From Utricularia gibba (lineage: Eukaryota > Plantae > Magnoliophyta), in NCBI GenBank assembly GCA_002189035.1, contig NEEC01000004.1, forward strand, positions 2,852,001 through 2,916,000: DNA of 64,000 nt, in the 5' to 3' direction. Positions 25,332 to 37,951 of the stretch are shown here, piece after piece. The number at the start of each line of letters is the position of its first letter. The first letter of the stretch is position 1. Below the pieces are notes generated by a model that was not told where the DNA came from, made no database searches, and saw nothing but the letters and a program-made list of their open reading frames with translations. A program made the translations under genes and the position numbers.

Positions 25332-25453
25332 ATAACTCCCTGTCAATGGAACCAAAAATTTGTTATGTGTCATTTCCTTAATAAATTTTAATTAGAAAAA
25401 CGTAAAGCACAATTATGGGTAGTGCAAGTGTCAATCACATGGATGTGAGTTTC

Positions 25454-26613
25454 TGATAGGTGTTTTCTATTTGTGCTTTTATGATTCTATTATGTTGGTT
25501 TTGCATTTTTTCTATTTTATTTTTCCTATTTTTTTTGATAAATTTTATATCTTTCATATTACTTTAATCTTTTTGAAGGGAAAGTGTGTGTTGTGAATTT
25601 TTAGGACGATTTTGGTTTAGAGGAAATTCTAGGTGACCTTAATTTAGGCAAAGAATAGATTATCCGAATGAAATCAATCAAAGATTATCGAATAAAATAA
25701 TATTTACATGTTATCTTAGAAGATTTAGATCTTATCCTAGGAGATTCACATCTTATCCTATAAGATTCGAATAGAAGATTTGATTCAGGGCTATGAAGAA
25801 AGCCAAACAAAGCTAGGCACCCTTATATAAGGACCTCAGTACCAAGCTTTTGGTAGAGACCAAAAGTCTTTGAGTAAGTTTAGGAATATAGAGTCAAGTG
25901 TTGCACCTTTGGATACATTTTATGTCATTTTTCATCAATTTTTGTGCATTAAATTCAAGCATGCATGTGTGAGTGCTTGTAACTAAGGATCTACGGTAAA
26001 GCCTTGTTTGCACAAGTCCTATGTGTGTGATTGTTTTACCATATTCTTCAACATTTAATTTGGGGTTTGATTATATTTTTCGTAATATTTTTTTTTTTAC
26101 TAATATGTTTTTTAGTACCATGTAACCTTAAGGGAGTTCAAACCTTAAGAAAGTGTAAAAGAATTTAAAATTGACCTCAAGCACCTAAAAAAAAGGATTC
26201 GATCAGATATTGTTGATAAGGCGCATGTGTGAGGTATGGCGATTAGGTTTGAATATGAGGAAAACATAGATTATCACAAGAAGTGAAATGACTTTGGTGG
26301 TATGGATGATTCTATAATCTTATTAAACGAGGGATAGTGCTATAACAATTATTGAGTAACACTATTTTAGAATAACATACTCAAAACTTGCATAAATGGG
26401 TTAGCACTCAAAGTTTACATACATACACATAAGCAAGTTTTAAGCAAGGTGAATTTTACATCTAAAGCTATTTTTCACATTGTTTTTAAAACCTGTTTTT
26501 TTACTTTGTTTTTGGTTATTTTTGAGTCATAATTTTTAAGAAAATTAATTTTCTATGGATATAATCTAATTTATTACTGTGACGATTTATATGCACTTGT
26601 AGAATCACCATTA
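25454..26613 (+). mobile_element. LTR (window family B), probably solo
   Basis: Starts TGATAGGTG and ends GAATCACCATTA; collinear with 51646-52836. Flanks do not form a TSD. Confidence 0.7.
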
Positions 26614-26789
26614 GAGAGAGATTTTTGATAAACGAAAAATTATGCAACGTTGTTAAATTGTAATTTTACCTATCAAATTAATTTATAACCTAATACACAT
26701 TAAAACATAAAATCATAATATATATGAACAGGAAGTTTGTTCTTTCTTTTTCATTAGAAATGTGCGCTTGATCTACGGATCTAATGGAA

Positions 26790-27625
26790 ACACTCCCTGG
26801 CTAGAATGTTTGTAAAATGAGGATATCACAAATACGGATAGGCTGAGTTCCCTAAACTGTTTAGGCAATGGTTCTCACAATTGATGTTATGAGATTACTA
26901 AAACCTATGTGTGGGTGTCGATTAGATAATCGATTCACTGGATGACTCGTCTTCGAGATGCTACTATGGGAAGCTAACCAAGTATCAGTAGCACGATCTC
27001 GAATATGACAGCCGTGCAAGTAAGCTTAGACTTGAGGTCAACAAAGTTATCTTGATCTTAAGCTCACATTTTCACTCATTACTAATGGGAGCCTAACCAT
27101 GGCTTGCCTAGTATAGATGAGTAGGGATGTGACTCCTTAAGGTTGGAGATAGTTGATTGATCAATAAAGGATTCATCACTCATGTTAGCGATGAGATCAT
27201 ATCTCAAGTAATTGCATCAAAGACTAACAGTAAGTCCTGGGCCCAAGGTAATGACACTCGAATTGTTTGAGTAGGTCATTGAGTGTTAGTATTTGAATGC
27301 AATTATAAGTTCGATACATCAAAAAGACACACACCCATGTTTTGATATCGAATAGGATACAAGTATGATGAAAGCTATTGATTACATGGTGGTTGGTCAT
27401 AAAAAGGCTCAATCAGTTTAACTGATTATTCTTTAATCTTCTGCTATTGAAACCATAGAGACTGTCTGCTATTGGCGGTTGGTGAACAACGGTGTCATCT
27501 GAAAGGTATTTTGAACATCCCTTCGTTTGATGTATACCGTATTCCAAGATCTGCGTTTGGGGTTTCTCAAAAAATTTTAAATTCCGCTGCTTTTGAGACA
27601 TACGATGTCTACAAGAAAACCAACA
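26790..27625 (+). mobile_element. Internally deleted LTR (window family C)
   Basis: Reverse-complement homology to 57870-58500, then a jump to 57182-57350; ends AAACCAACA. Confidence 0.75.
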
Positions 27626-27877
27626 AAAGGTACAGGTTAGAAGGCTTCAGATCGAACCCTCCCTCCGTTATGATTTCTTCTATTTATAGGGGAGGTCGAC
27701 CCGACCGAATCATGAGCTCCGCAGGTGTCGGCTACCTTTCTGCACTTGTGTTGTGATCTTGCTTTTCAGACAATCGTTGCCCACCCTGCCGTGACTCGGC
27801 AACTCTTGAGACTGTGCCATACCGCTCTTGTCAGATCTCTGACATATATCGATCTATCGACAGGCATTGTTTCATCA
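27626..27877 (-). mobile_element. GC-rich LTR 5' fragment (Tat-like?)
   Basis: Minus strand starts TGATGAAAC and contains a TATA-like CTATAAATAG. Lineage is a guess. Confidence 0.4.
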
Positions 27878-28479
27878 AAACCCCACTTGGCAGCCTTTTA
27901 GAAACTGATTATCCTCAACCGATTTGTATCCTATCAATCATGTAGACTTTGACAGATTATAAGGCATGGGTCATGGACAATATCAGTTTTTTGCCCACCA
28001 TGGATTCAGGTTACATATAAGTTATGAAATGACATTTTTTATTTCTAGAAGCCTCTTGCTACACTTCAACATTGTTTTCTATAATTTTTAGATGAAAGTA
28101 CATGAAAACACAAAACAAAATTGTACACAAACATAATAATAATATTTTTTTAATAAAAATATAATATTTATTAATAAAACTTCTAATTGAGCTACTTAAT
28201 TTTAATTTAACACTTAAATATATATCTAATGACACTTAGCGCTTTTTTGTTAGTTACTATTAGTCTTAGTTAAGAATTATTATCAAAATTAATATTTCAA
28301 GATGTATGATCTTATCACATAACAAGCATCTGAATTTTGAATTCAATCATGAAACCACTTTACATTTTATTTTGATTTGTAAATTGTGAGCTTTCTGGAT
28401 TAGAAATTTTATTTGTATACAAAAACTTTAATTTTATAATGATAATGAAATTTTCACTTATCAGAAGTAAAGAAAACGA

Positions 28480-29150
28480 AACAAGAATAGATTCCAACTG
28501 AAGAACATGTGCTTTCTAATGGTTTGCAAACAATGATACGAAAAACAAGAATCGATTTAAGCTTGAATTTCATAGTTCTTTGGAGTTGTTCGGCAGGCAA
28601 CAATTCCCAAAAACTAATTTGAAGGTAAACCCTCACATCTAATCTTAGGTAGAATCATGAAAGTAAGAATATTAAAGATCAATAGACTTATTTTTGTGCT
28701 TTGTAACAGGTTTTACTTTTATTATTAAGATGGTTGAAAAAACTAATAAATTTTGGTTGGAATTGCAAAAAGTTTGTGATCACTTTGTTCACATATATTT
28801 GTTCTTAGTTTTTTTTTAAAAAAAAAATCTCATTCTTTTGTTTATATTATTTTTCACTCTATGAAAATGAATTGAAAATTTTGGAAATGATCGTCTGACC
28901 AATAAGAGAGCAATGGGCATCAGAGATGAACCAACAATTGGCTTAAATGATGCAAATATAGGGTGGGTTAAGGGATGACTCACAAAGCGATTATTGGTAT
29001 AGAGCCATTAAGTGTTCATTCTATGCCAACATTCTAATGGTCAATCCAAGGAATACCAGACAAGAGTGAAGAATGAAACAGAGTAGCACATGATGATGAA
29101 GATTTCATTAAGAAGCTTCATAATATGACCCATGACACCAATACTAACGG
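28480..29150 (+). mobile_element. PIF/Harbinger Myb/SANT-like ORF remnant
   Basis: EEHVLSNGL..NRFK..LE..FPKTNLKVNPHI resembles Myb_DNA-bind_3; a FGNDR-like motif lies near 28880. Confidence 0.6.
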
Positions 29151-29699
29151 TTTCTTATATTGACTGTTTTTGAAAAAGTCTGAGATGGTGTCGTACGTGT
29201 TGAATGATCATCCATAGAATTATGGAACGCTTGAAATAGTGGATGCAATCTATTTTTCATTTAAAATGTTATTCTACATTATTTGTTGAAAAATGCGTTG
29301 ATGTTAGAACTTTGTTTGTACCTCAGATATTAATGAATGTTTTGACTTACGATTTGAATGGCTTTTGATTGATGCAAAATTATATAAACATGGATTCATT
29401 CAATTATGTTGAGTTGAGAAAAAAAACTTTAAGTAAATCATTACATGAGTGTTTTATTTGACTTGTATATAATTAATTTATCAGTATAATTAAATTTAAG
29501 AAAATGAGGTTGTTTCATTTATTTATATATAAAAAATAAAATTAATTTAATGAGAAAATAACTTCTAAATCAAATGACAGTTGTCCGTATTCCAATAAAT
29601 ATGCAGGGACAAATATTGATTTAAAAAATCTACTCATTTCAAACATGCAAGGCAATCTCTATAATCATTCCATTTATAAGTGTTTTCAATTAATAACAC

Positions 29700-30900
29700 A
29701 CTCTTAGAGGCATCAAAATTGAGGTTTTCACATTTATAGAGCAGAATGAGGGAGAATGCAACAAAACTCACTTTTTTTTCATAATTCCCCAAGTTTTTTC
29801 AATGATATTGTATACCTTTGCATTTTGCATATTGAATAACTCCTTTTTATTTTGAGTTATTTGAGCAACTTCACCCTTAATCTTTTGATCGTATCTTACA
29901 CCTTTATATGACGTCAAAATGTTTTTACAATTCATATATATATATATATATATTAGTCCGCCAAATAGTAATAACATACAAAAACCATGAATAACAATTT
30001 CTAAAACATAGCAAAATCTAAGAAACTTGGTATACCAATCCACCTGCATTGTGTGAAATGGATTTCTTCATTCACGTGCATTGTGCGATACTCATCCACC
30101 TGCAGTAGTATAGCAGAGCCTTTTCATCCCACTAATACATATGAAACACATGTTATCATTGCACACCCCAACATATTAGTTGATACTGATCCTTTCCATG
30201 TCCAATAACAAGGCTCGTCCACCCCTTTTATTGTGATGTTCACATAAATTTTATCTAATGCCCCTAAATAATTCTAGCAACATCAACAAGTACTAAAAAA
30301 AATTTATAACTAGGAAACATGTCAACGAATTCCCAACTAAACATATCCCATAGAAATATTGATTTTATTTTAACATTCAACAACAACAAATATTTATTGA
30401 TAGAAAAATAATAATACTGAATTAATAATCTAAAATAAAAGAAGACTACAAAGCACGTTTTAGCTCAAAAAATTTGAAGCTTGATTTATGCTTGTTTAAA
30501 TGGGCTTCGGCTTAATTTAAAGTTTATCATGAACAGATTTGGGAATTTGGTTAAAATAAATGCTATATATATATATATCAATAAAAGCTTGTCTTTTAGT
30601 GTGGATAGTGCAATACTTTCTTCAATCAAGACCCACCTGCATTGTTGTGAGCCAAAGGATATATAGTTGACTAAAGACATGTTGACTCAATCACAAATTC
30701 TTGGCAGGGTTACTTACCAAATGGCGCATATATCTTTCCTGGTGTGGTCGTGGAAACAATGTGGTGCTTTTTTAGTGTTGCGTGTCAGTGCACACAACAA
30801 CCTAATTGTAGCATAACCCACTGAATTGCAATAAGTATTACAATCATGGAAACAATACAACTTGTTGGATGTGTGGCCATTCTGCGTTCTGAAAGAAGAA
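29700..30900 (-). mobile_element. PIF/Harbinger DDE transposase remnant
   Basis: YKGVRY..NKKELFN..NIIEKTWGIMKKK and RYWTWKGSVSTNMLGVC match the HARBI1-type core. Convergent with the Myb-like remnant. Confidence 0.8.
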
Positions 30901-32097
30901 GGGTGTAAAAAAGAATTTTAAAAGGTAATTTTGATATAAAACAAATATTATTAAGTAAATTAAGGAAAATGTATGAATTTAAATTAACATAAATCCTTTC
31001 AATTTAAATTCTATTAATCCTATTCTCCATTCTTAATGGAAATATTTTTTTATTTTTTTAGTAATATCAAATTAATAGTAATAATTTAAATTTATACTTA
31101 CAATATTATATATCATAATTTTTTTAGTGATATCAAAGTACATTAATTTATAATATTTACTTCCAGTCTTATTTGGATTCCATTCATAGATCACCCCAAT
31201 AAAAGTAAGCAGTGCTTGGACAAATTTAAAGTTTTTCTACTTTCTATTTATAATTCCGCTCTTTTTTAAAAAAATTGTTCTCGATATTTCGAGTCGCTAT
31301 TAAGGATGGATTCAACTTTCTTTTTGTTGTTGTTTAAATTTTTTAGATATTATTTATTCTCTACCTTGTTGTTGTATTTCCCAGGCCAATTTTCATTGTT
31401 AATGGTTGCTGATTGAAGATGAAAAATACAAAATTAACTGGCATCCAAATGAGCTGATCTTAAACCGGATTAACTTCAAGACTTAATGAGCCACGATTCC
31501 CTAATCCTTAACTCATCCACCGACTTGGATCCCTTTATTCATTTATTTATATTTATATCTAAAAAAAGGTTTGAACCATTCATTATACAATAACGCAGGT
31601 AAAAAATGTTTGCAAACTAGAAAATCAAATCTCTACTTTATTAAATTATTTTGGCACCTTTTGGGAATACAAAATGGAGATTCCATTTGAATGGTTGAAA
31701 GGTGATTGTTGTTATCAGTTTTTAAAAGCAATTTTAAACAAACCAGAAACATAATAGAAAAATTGTTTTCTAAACGCGTGCATTTTTTTTAAAATACACG
31801 ATAGAATTTTAATCAAATGATTCAAATATCAAAATATAATCAAGGGATTGTTAATCTTTGATCTAAAAGACTTAAACCAAAACAATGTGTTGAAAAACTG
31901 TTAAGCTGAATTGCAGCAGGAAGGTTTGCTGATAACAACTGACAGAGGATGAGAAATGAAAGGGAAAGACAGGGAAGTGGATCCTGAGAGGATTGGGTCT
32001 GGAAACAACAATCACAGATAAAGGTTGATCAGCAACCACAGTACACACGATGAACAAAAGAATGCTCTCTCCGCCCTCCGGGATTCACTCTTTGATC

Positions 32098-33892
32098 TCA
32101 TGCATCGTCTACTTGAGAGTGGAACACAAAGCTGGGGAACGTGGTGGTGATGTCTCTGAGACACAGACCAATCCTTTCAATACCCCAAGAAACGTTTAAA
32201 CTTAAAAAGAAAAGGGTCAAGGCTTTTAGGCAACTCACTTGAGATACTGGAGCGTCATGTTTTTAAGGAGTGAAGGGTGCTGCATCACGAGGTTCCTCCA
32301 TTCTTCCTTGTCTATCTTCCCATCATGTTTTGTGTCCGCCTCCTCGAAAGTCTGAACTCAGATGGTGTGTGTTCATGAGCAAACAGCTGAAATACACAAC
32401 TCAATTGGATAGCGTGATCAACCACCTTATCAATGATGCTTTCGATCACATCGTCTGCAAGGTTGAGGCCAGATTCAGCCAGCGTTGCAACAACCATTTG
32501 CTTAACCTGAAACAATCCCAAGGGTCTTAGTTGTTTACTCCGACAACGAACAAATCAATCAAGGGATCGAAAAGGGGAACCGAGTGATGTGCTTACCTCT
32601 TGTCTTTCAATGAATCCTTGCCGTTTGAGATCATACAACTGGAATGAAACTGTGACAATCAAAAGTATGTTATCATCTACGACCACTTTCAAGTGTCTAT
32701 ATGGCTGTGTCTTGTTCTCCTATAAACGGATTGTTTTTAAGGTTCCTTCTTTAACAACAACTAATCCCAACAGAGACTGTTTAACAGAGAACTATGAAGC
32801 ATATATGCTCTTTGACTTAGTCACAAGGCTAAGTTTAAGCTCATCAATCCTCCATTGGATTTAACTTACAATCAATTTTCTCTTCAATTGGAGCGCTGGG
32901 ATGAAACACTGAAAGAGCACGAGCAAACTCTTCAAAATCAAGCATCCCACGGTGCCTTGTATCAAACAAGTCAAAAACCTAAAGAAAAACAAGGGTCCGC
33001 TTTCCTCAACAAAAAAAAAAAAGAAAGAAAGAAAGAAAGAAAGAAAAGAAAACAAAAAACTTATGCATCAGTTTGCAGCAAAAGTCCACAAGAAAACCGG
33101 GAAAAGTTGAAGCAGTTGGCTGTGAACTGGCTCGTTAAACAAGCACTCCCCGAAAAGCTTAACAACCTTGCAGGGTGCGATTCATGAGAACTGAGAACTA
33201 ACCCTTTCTGCAAATAAGCTCCCTTTTTTGTTGGTTTTGAATAAGGCAAGTTGGAATTCTTCCTGTCAATACAATGTCACCAAATGCCACTCCGTTAAGA
33301 AAATGCAGATAAGCACATCAGCACACTTGCAATGTCTGTCAAATGGCACTGCATACCTTGTGAATCAAACCGTCATCAAACACACCGGTGCTGATCTTTT
33401 TATACAGTTCATACAAGGCTTCGATTTCACTAACACTGACTGCATCAGGAAGGCCAAAATGGCATTTAATAGCTAGTAAATAACCTAGAAATGCAGCCTG
33501 ATATATGAAAACCAAACTATTGCTTATGCTGACACCAAAGAACTACGAATGCCCATTGCATTACGTATTAAAATGTCACATACGGCTCAGTCTGAAGTCA
33601 AGGGATCTTTCTGTATATGAATGAAAGAAGAAAGTGCAAATATACCTCCCCTAGACAAAGCTAGCTAGGTTATATAACGACACAGACGTTTCACTGTATT
33701 ACATGAGTCTAAAAACAGCAGTATCCCTAGGCTTCAAGTGGCAAATATTAAAGGAATAATGTCCAACATACACACTGTCTTGCTTGCTAGAGCTTCAGGA
33801 TTCCGCAGGCCCCAGGGTAGCCTATCATATTCACCACAATTAATAAAAGCTACAAGTAGGTGTTTCACTCCTTCCAAGCACTTGAGCATCAT
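32098..33892 (-). CDS. CBL2/CBL3: Calcineurin B-like Ca2+ sensor, CBL2/3 clade, 8 coding exons, 225 aa
   Basis: Exons 33892-33772, 33439-33357, 33262-33203, 32978-32870, 32649-32597, 32506-32426, 32351-32239, 32155-32098 (121/83/60/109/53/81/113/58 nt, all GT-AG). [36 protein letters not shown] and [15 protein letters not shown] motifs; acceptor at 33896-33897 implies a 5'UTR intron. Confidence 0.97.
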
Positions 33893-35814
33893 CTCCTACG
33901 GGAGTCAAAACACTCCATGTCTGTATTAGTCAACCCAGAAAATTCTGAAAGAGAACCTGGCGGATAAGAATACGAACCAAAATGTTAATTCTTAAACTTA
34001 CTTACATATAAAACCGATCCCAATGAAAACTTGGAACTTCAACAGGCGAAAAGCAAAGAACTCAAGAAAAAAAAAAAACACCCAGATTCCATATAAACTT
34101 GAATTGCTGAAACTGGTAAGAATTCAATTTCAATTCATAAACAATCTCAAAAAAAAAAAAACTTTCTTGGAACACATAAAACAAATGATTTAGACGATAC
34201 GCAGCAAATCAACAACTCCAGGAAACTCGTTAGGCTGCCTAAGCGAGAAAAATCAGCAACCATATCTTCTTTCAGCATACAGGGATCAAACCCTCTTCCA
34301 AAAACCGATAATCTTTGTTGCTAGATACATGAAAATCCATCGGCAGACACATACATGTAAGACAATGCGATTGCAAAATTGCGAGCGCAAAAAAGGAGAA
34401 CTTTAAATCAAATTTACAGAAAGTAGAACAATGGAATACGCACTGATTAACGGAGACAACTTGAGGTGCTCAAGATTGCAAAATGGGTACGCTGAGGAGT
34501 GTGGGTGGAATCTGAATTCCTTCCTTTTTCCTGCCAAACCAAACTTACAGGAAACCTTTAAAAAGCTTTCAAATGATTAGTCCCATGGAGTGACCATGAA
34601 AATGCGAATAATTGAGTATTAAATGAGACCAACTTTTTATTTAATTAAAAATGAATTAAATGGCTTGTTAACATTTTTGTCTTCTTTTCTTCAGTAAAGT
34701 TTGCTTCTAGATAATATGTAAAAATAAATGTATTTAATATGATAAAATCATTGTTTTGGAATTCACAATCCTTTTGTGGAGGGAGTGGTGTACGGTATCC
34801 CAAAGCGGTGGGTCCCACTGACAATTGAATAAAAAAACACACGCAGGACCTTCCTTTTTGAAGTACATTGAGTTGGGGTGGTTGTTTTTTATATTTGGCA
34901 TAAGATATTCTGGCAAATTACATATTTAGAAATGTCTTAAGTCCTTAAGAACAAGCAGAAATAAGAGCACCGAATTCTCTTTTGCACTCCAATTCTGACA
35001 AACCTTTGGGAAGATAGTTTATTTTTACTCATATTTTCATATAAATAATTATAATTATTATATTCTTTAAATAAATTTTAATTTTAATTTTCTTATCAAT
35101 CTATTTAAATTGTAATAATCATATGTGATTAATGATAAATATAAAAAAATATGTAAATTATTTATAAAAATACTTTTTATTTAATTGAAGTATAAACATA
35201 TTCAATTGTATAATAATAATAATTAGCAAGGAAATTATAAACATATGTCCATTATCTTTTTGGGGAAGAAGGCAAGGCATGATATTAACACGGAGCTGTG
35301 GAAATATTTTATTCTCATGCCAGATTTCGCAGGATGGGTGTTGATGTGCGGTAAGGGTTCTTAAGTTGATTGTGGTGGTGTAATGTAGTGTGTTTTTTGT
35401 CTGTATTGGGAGTGTTTGTTACCTGGATATAGGTGGAAATTAAGGTAAGTTTGCCAGTAAACCTGTATTTAGTATGTGAATTGCAGAGGGTTCTTTAGAA
35501 ATATAACTACTGTCCAAATTTAATTTTAGAAAAATACCTATTGTATGTAATTGAGTGATAAATTTACCAATTCTTCTTTTTTGTAAATTTTTGTTATCTT
35601 ATAAACAATAAAATTATTTTATTTTTATCATTTATCAATATACAAATAATGATTTACAATAATTAAAAAATATATGTTATAAAATATGTATATTAATGAA
35701 CAAAATAGATGTATCAATTGAAAATAAAAAAAATAGTATGGGCTCAATGAAAAAATGGATTTTCCATTAAACCGAGTGCATTTTTTTTTAGGTATTATTT
35801 GATATTATTTTTAA

Positions 35815-36185
35815 TTGAATATATATTTTTTATTTTAAATTTACATTATCACTCAAACCTTAGATATAATTTGAATTAATATTTTTTTATTTTAAATTTT
35901 TTTTATGAACACTCGATCCTTAACTACAATTTAGATTGAAATCATATTTTATATTTTAATTTTTATTAGTACTAAATCATCATATGCAATTTAGATTGAC
36001 AGCATATTTTTTATTTTAAATTTTTATCAATACTAAATCCATAGGTGCAATTTAGATTGAATATATATATATTTATTTTAAATTTTATTAACATTCGATC
36101 ATTAGATACAATTTGGATCAATTTCATATTTTTTATTTTAAAATTTATACTAATACCCGATACTTACATGCAATTGAGATTGAGA
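35815..36185. repeat. AT-rich minisatellite, ~60-bp unit x6
   Basis: Recurring CATATTTTTTATTTTAAATTT...CAATTTAGATTGA at ~60-bp period. Confidence 0.8.
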
Positions 36186-36714
36186 AGTTCCCAATTTCGA
36201 CTATGGAGGAGAATCCAACAAGTTGCATCTCTAACTAACATATGCACTCTCTATGCCACCATAAGAAGGTGTCTTTCCAATTCTTTCACCACTAAATTTT
36301 ACTAAAAAATATGAAATTGATTTGCCTTTTTAGGATTGATTTTATTAATTAAATCCGATATTAGTTTTATGAATTCATTGTCATGATGAGGAAAGTCAAC
36401 CCTAAAGTAGCATCAAATCTGAAAAAAACGGCCAAGCCAAGTCTTCACTCCAAATATTGAAGAGTTTTGCTCTGAACTTTATCAAAACAAATAGATCTAC
36501 CATGGAGGCGTAGGAGTTAAGCCTTCAACACATGCAATTTTGATCCTAACGTCATCCAAATGTAGGTTAATAATTAATAAGAGCATCTCTCATACATAAA
36601 TCATATTAATATTACCTTAAACCCTAAACTTTAAAACTTAAACCCTTAACCCTAAATCCTATCATACTAATTATAAGGACAAAATTCATATAAAACCTAC
36701 GTTTATATGGTAGT

Positions 36715-37951
36715 TGATCACATTTTTATCTTGAGATTTATTGATGATATAATTTATCTTCATTTCAAATTATACATTTTTATAAAATTAATATTACTAC
36801 ATTAAAAATAATTAATTAGGTAACTGAAAATACTTAATATTTATTTAATTATAATTTTAGTAGTATTTGATAACATATATTTTGAATGTTTAAGAATATG
36901 AAAATGACTAATATTTTTCTACATAATTTTGATTTTATTGTATATTTCTATATTTTTGTAACTAGCACTACCTTTGTGAGTAATTGACACATATGTCAGT
37001 AATCCAAATTCCAATGAACTTAAAGATAATAGTGTGAAATTACAGAAGATATGGATAAAACTTAAAAGGAAATATACCAAAATCTAAGAAGATAAAAAGA
37101 TAGATTTTGGGCATTATGAGGGGAAAAAAATATCTCCAAGACTTTAAACAATACGCCACAAACTTTTGGAGGGAAGATCTGGAAAAATTTACAGGAAGAA
37201 TGAAAAACACGAACCAGAAACCAAGTCCTCATTTGAAGACTTTTTTTGCTTATAAAAAACATTACTCATAGTTGAAAATAGTTTTAACTTTTTCGTGAAA
37301 GTCTTTACGATTCTAATTATTGTTTATTTTGTTATTTCTTTTCTTGCTTTTAAGTTGTAGAGTGGATACGGTTTTCATTTTATGTTATGAAAATATTTTA
37401 TTTTACCTTAGTATGAGTAACTAAGCAGGTGTCTTAGAACCAAAAGAAGATATACAAATCATTCTTTTGATCTCATTAACCATAAATCACACCATTTTTT
37501 TAATAAACTAAGATGAGGGGGAGGTAGAGACACTCATCTGAAAAAGTTTTCATTAGAGGTAGTCCAAAAATAGGGAAAATCAAAAGTTTGGATAAACCTA
37601 CACTTTTGCTTGTTAGATGTATTATTTGTGATTTAAGTGAGATTATTTTAGTGATAATTATGTAACCTCTGGAAATCCCACCTTAATTAATTTTAGATAC
37701 ATATTTGCTTTTATCAATTTACTGTTTTTTTATATATTATTATCGTACTACCTTAATTTTAATTTAGATTAAATATCTTAACTGTAACAAAAACAACATG
37801 TATCAACCTTCACATAACAAACATATAATTTATTATGTTCGACCTTGATCTATTATGCTCATATTTTTGTATGATTGGTTGTAAATTAGGTTATAAATTT
37901 ATTTGATACGTGAATTTATATTTAACAATGTTGCAAAATTTTGGTTTATCA
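36715..37951. mobile_element. Old solo LTR (window family A)
   Basis: 3' end GGTTATAAATTTATTTGATA...GTTTATCA shared with 14438-15514 and 55755-61492. 5' boundary and TSD (GTAGT/GTATA) are uncertain. Confidence 0.6.

Noticed and set aside
27930-28010. Candidate PHL7 exon 1 (SMVGKKLILSMTHAL)
   Set aside because: Only a few residues resemble KQRLRWTHELH; no FVDAV..LGG continuation or donor site.
35815-36185. Repeat array considered as CRISPR-like
   Set aside because: Eukaryotic context, degenerate AT-rich units, no unique spacers, no cas genes.
36615-36662. Degenerate TAAACCC run as an interstitial telomere
   Set aside because: Only ~45 bp with few exact units; common in plant TE debris.
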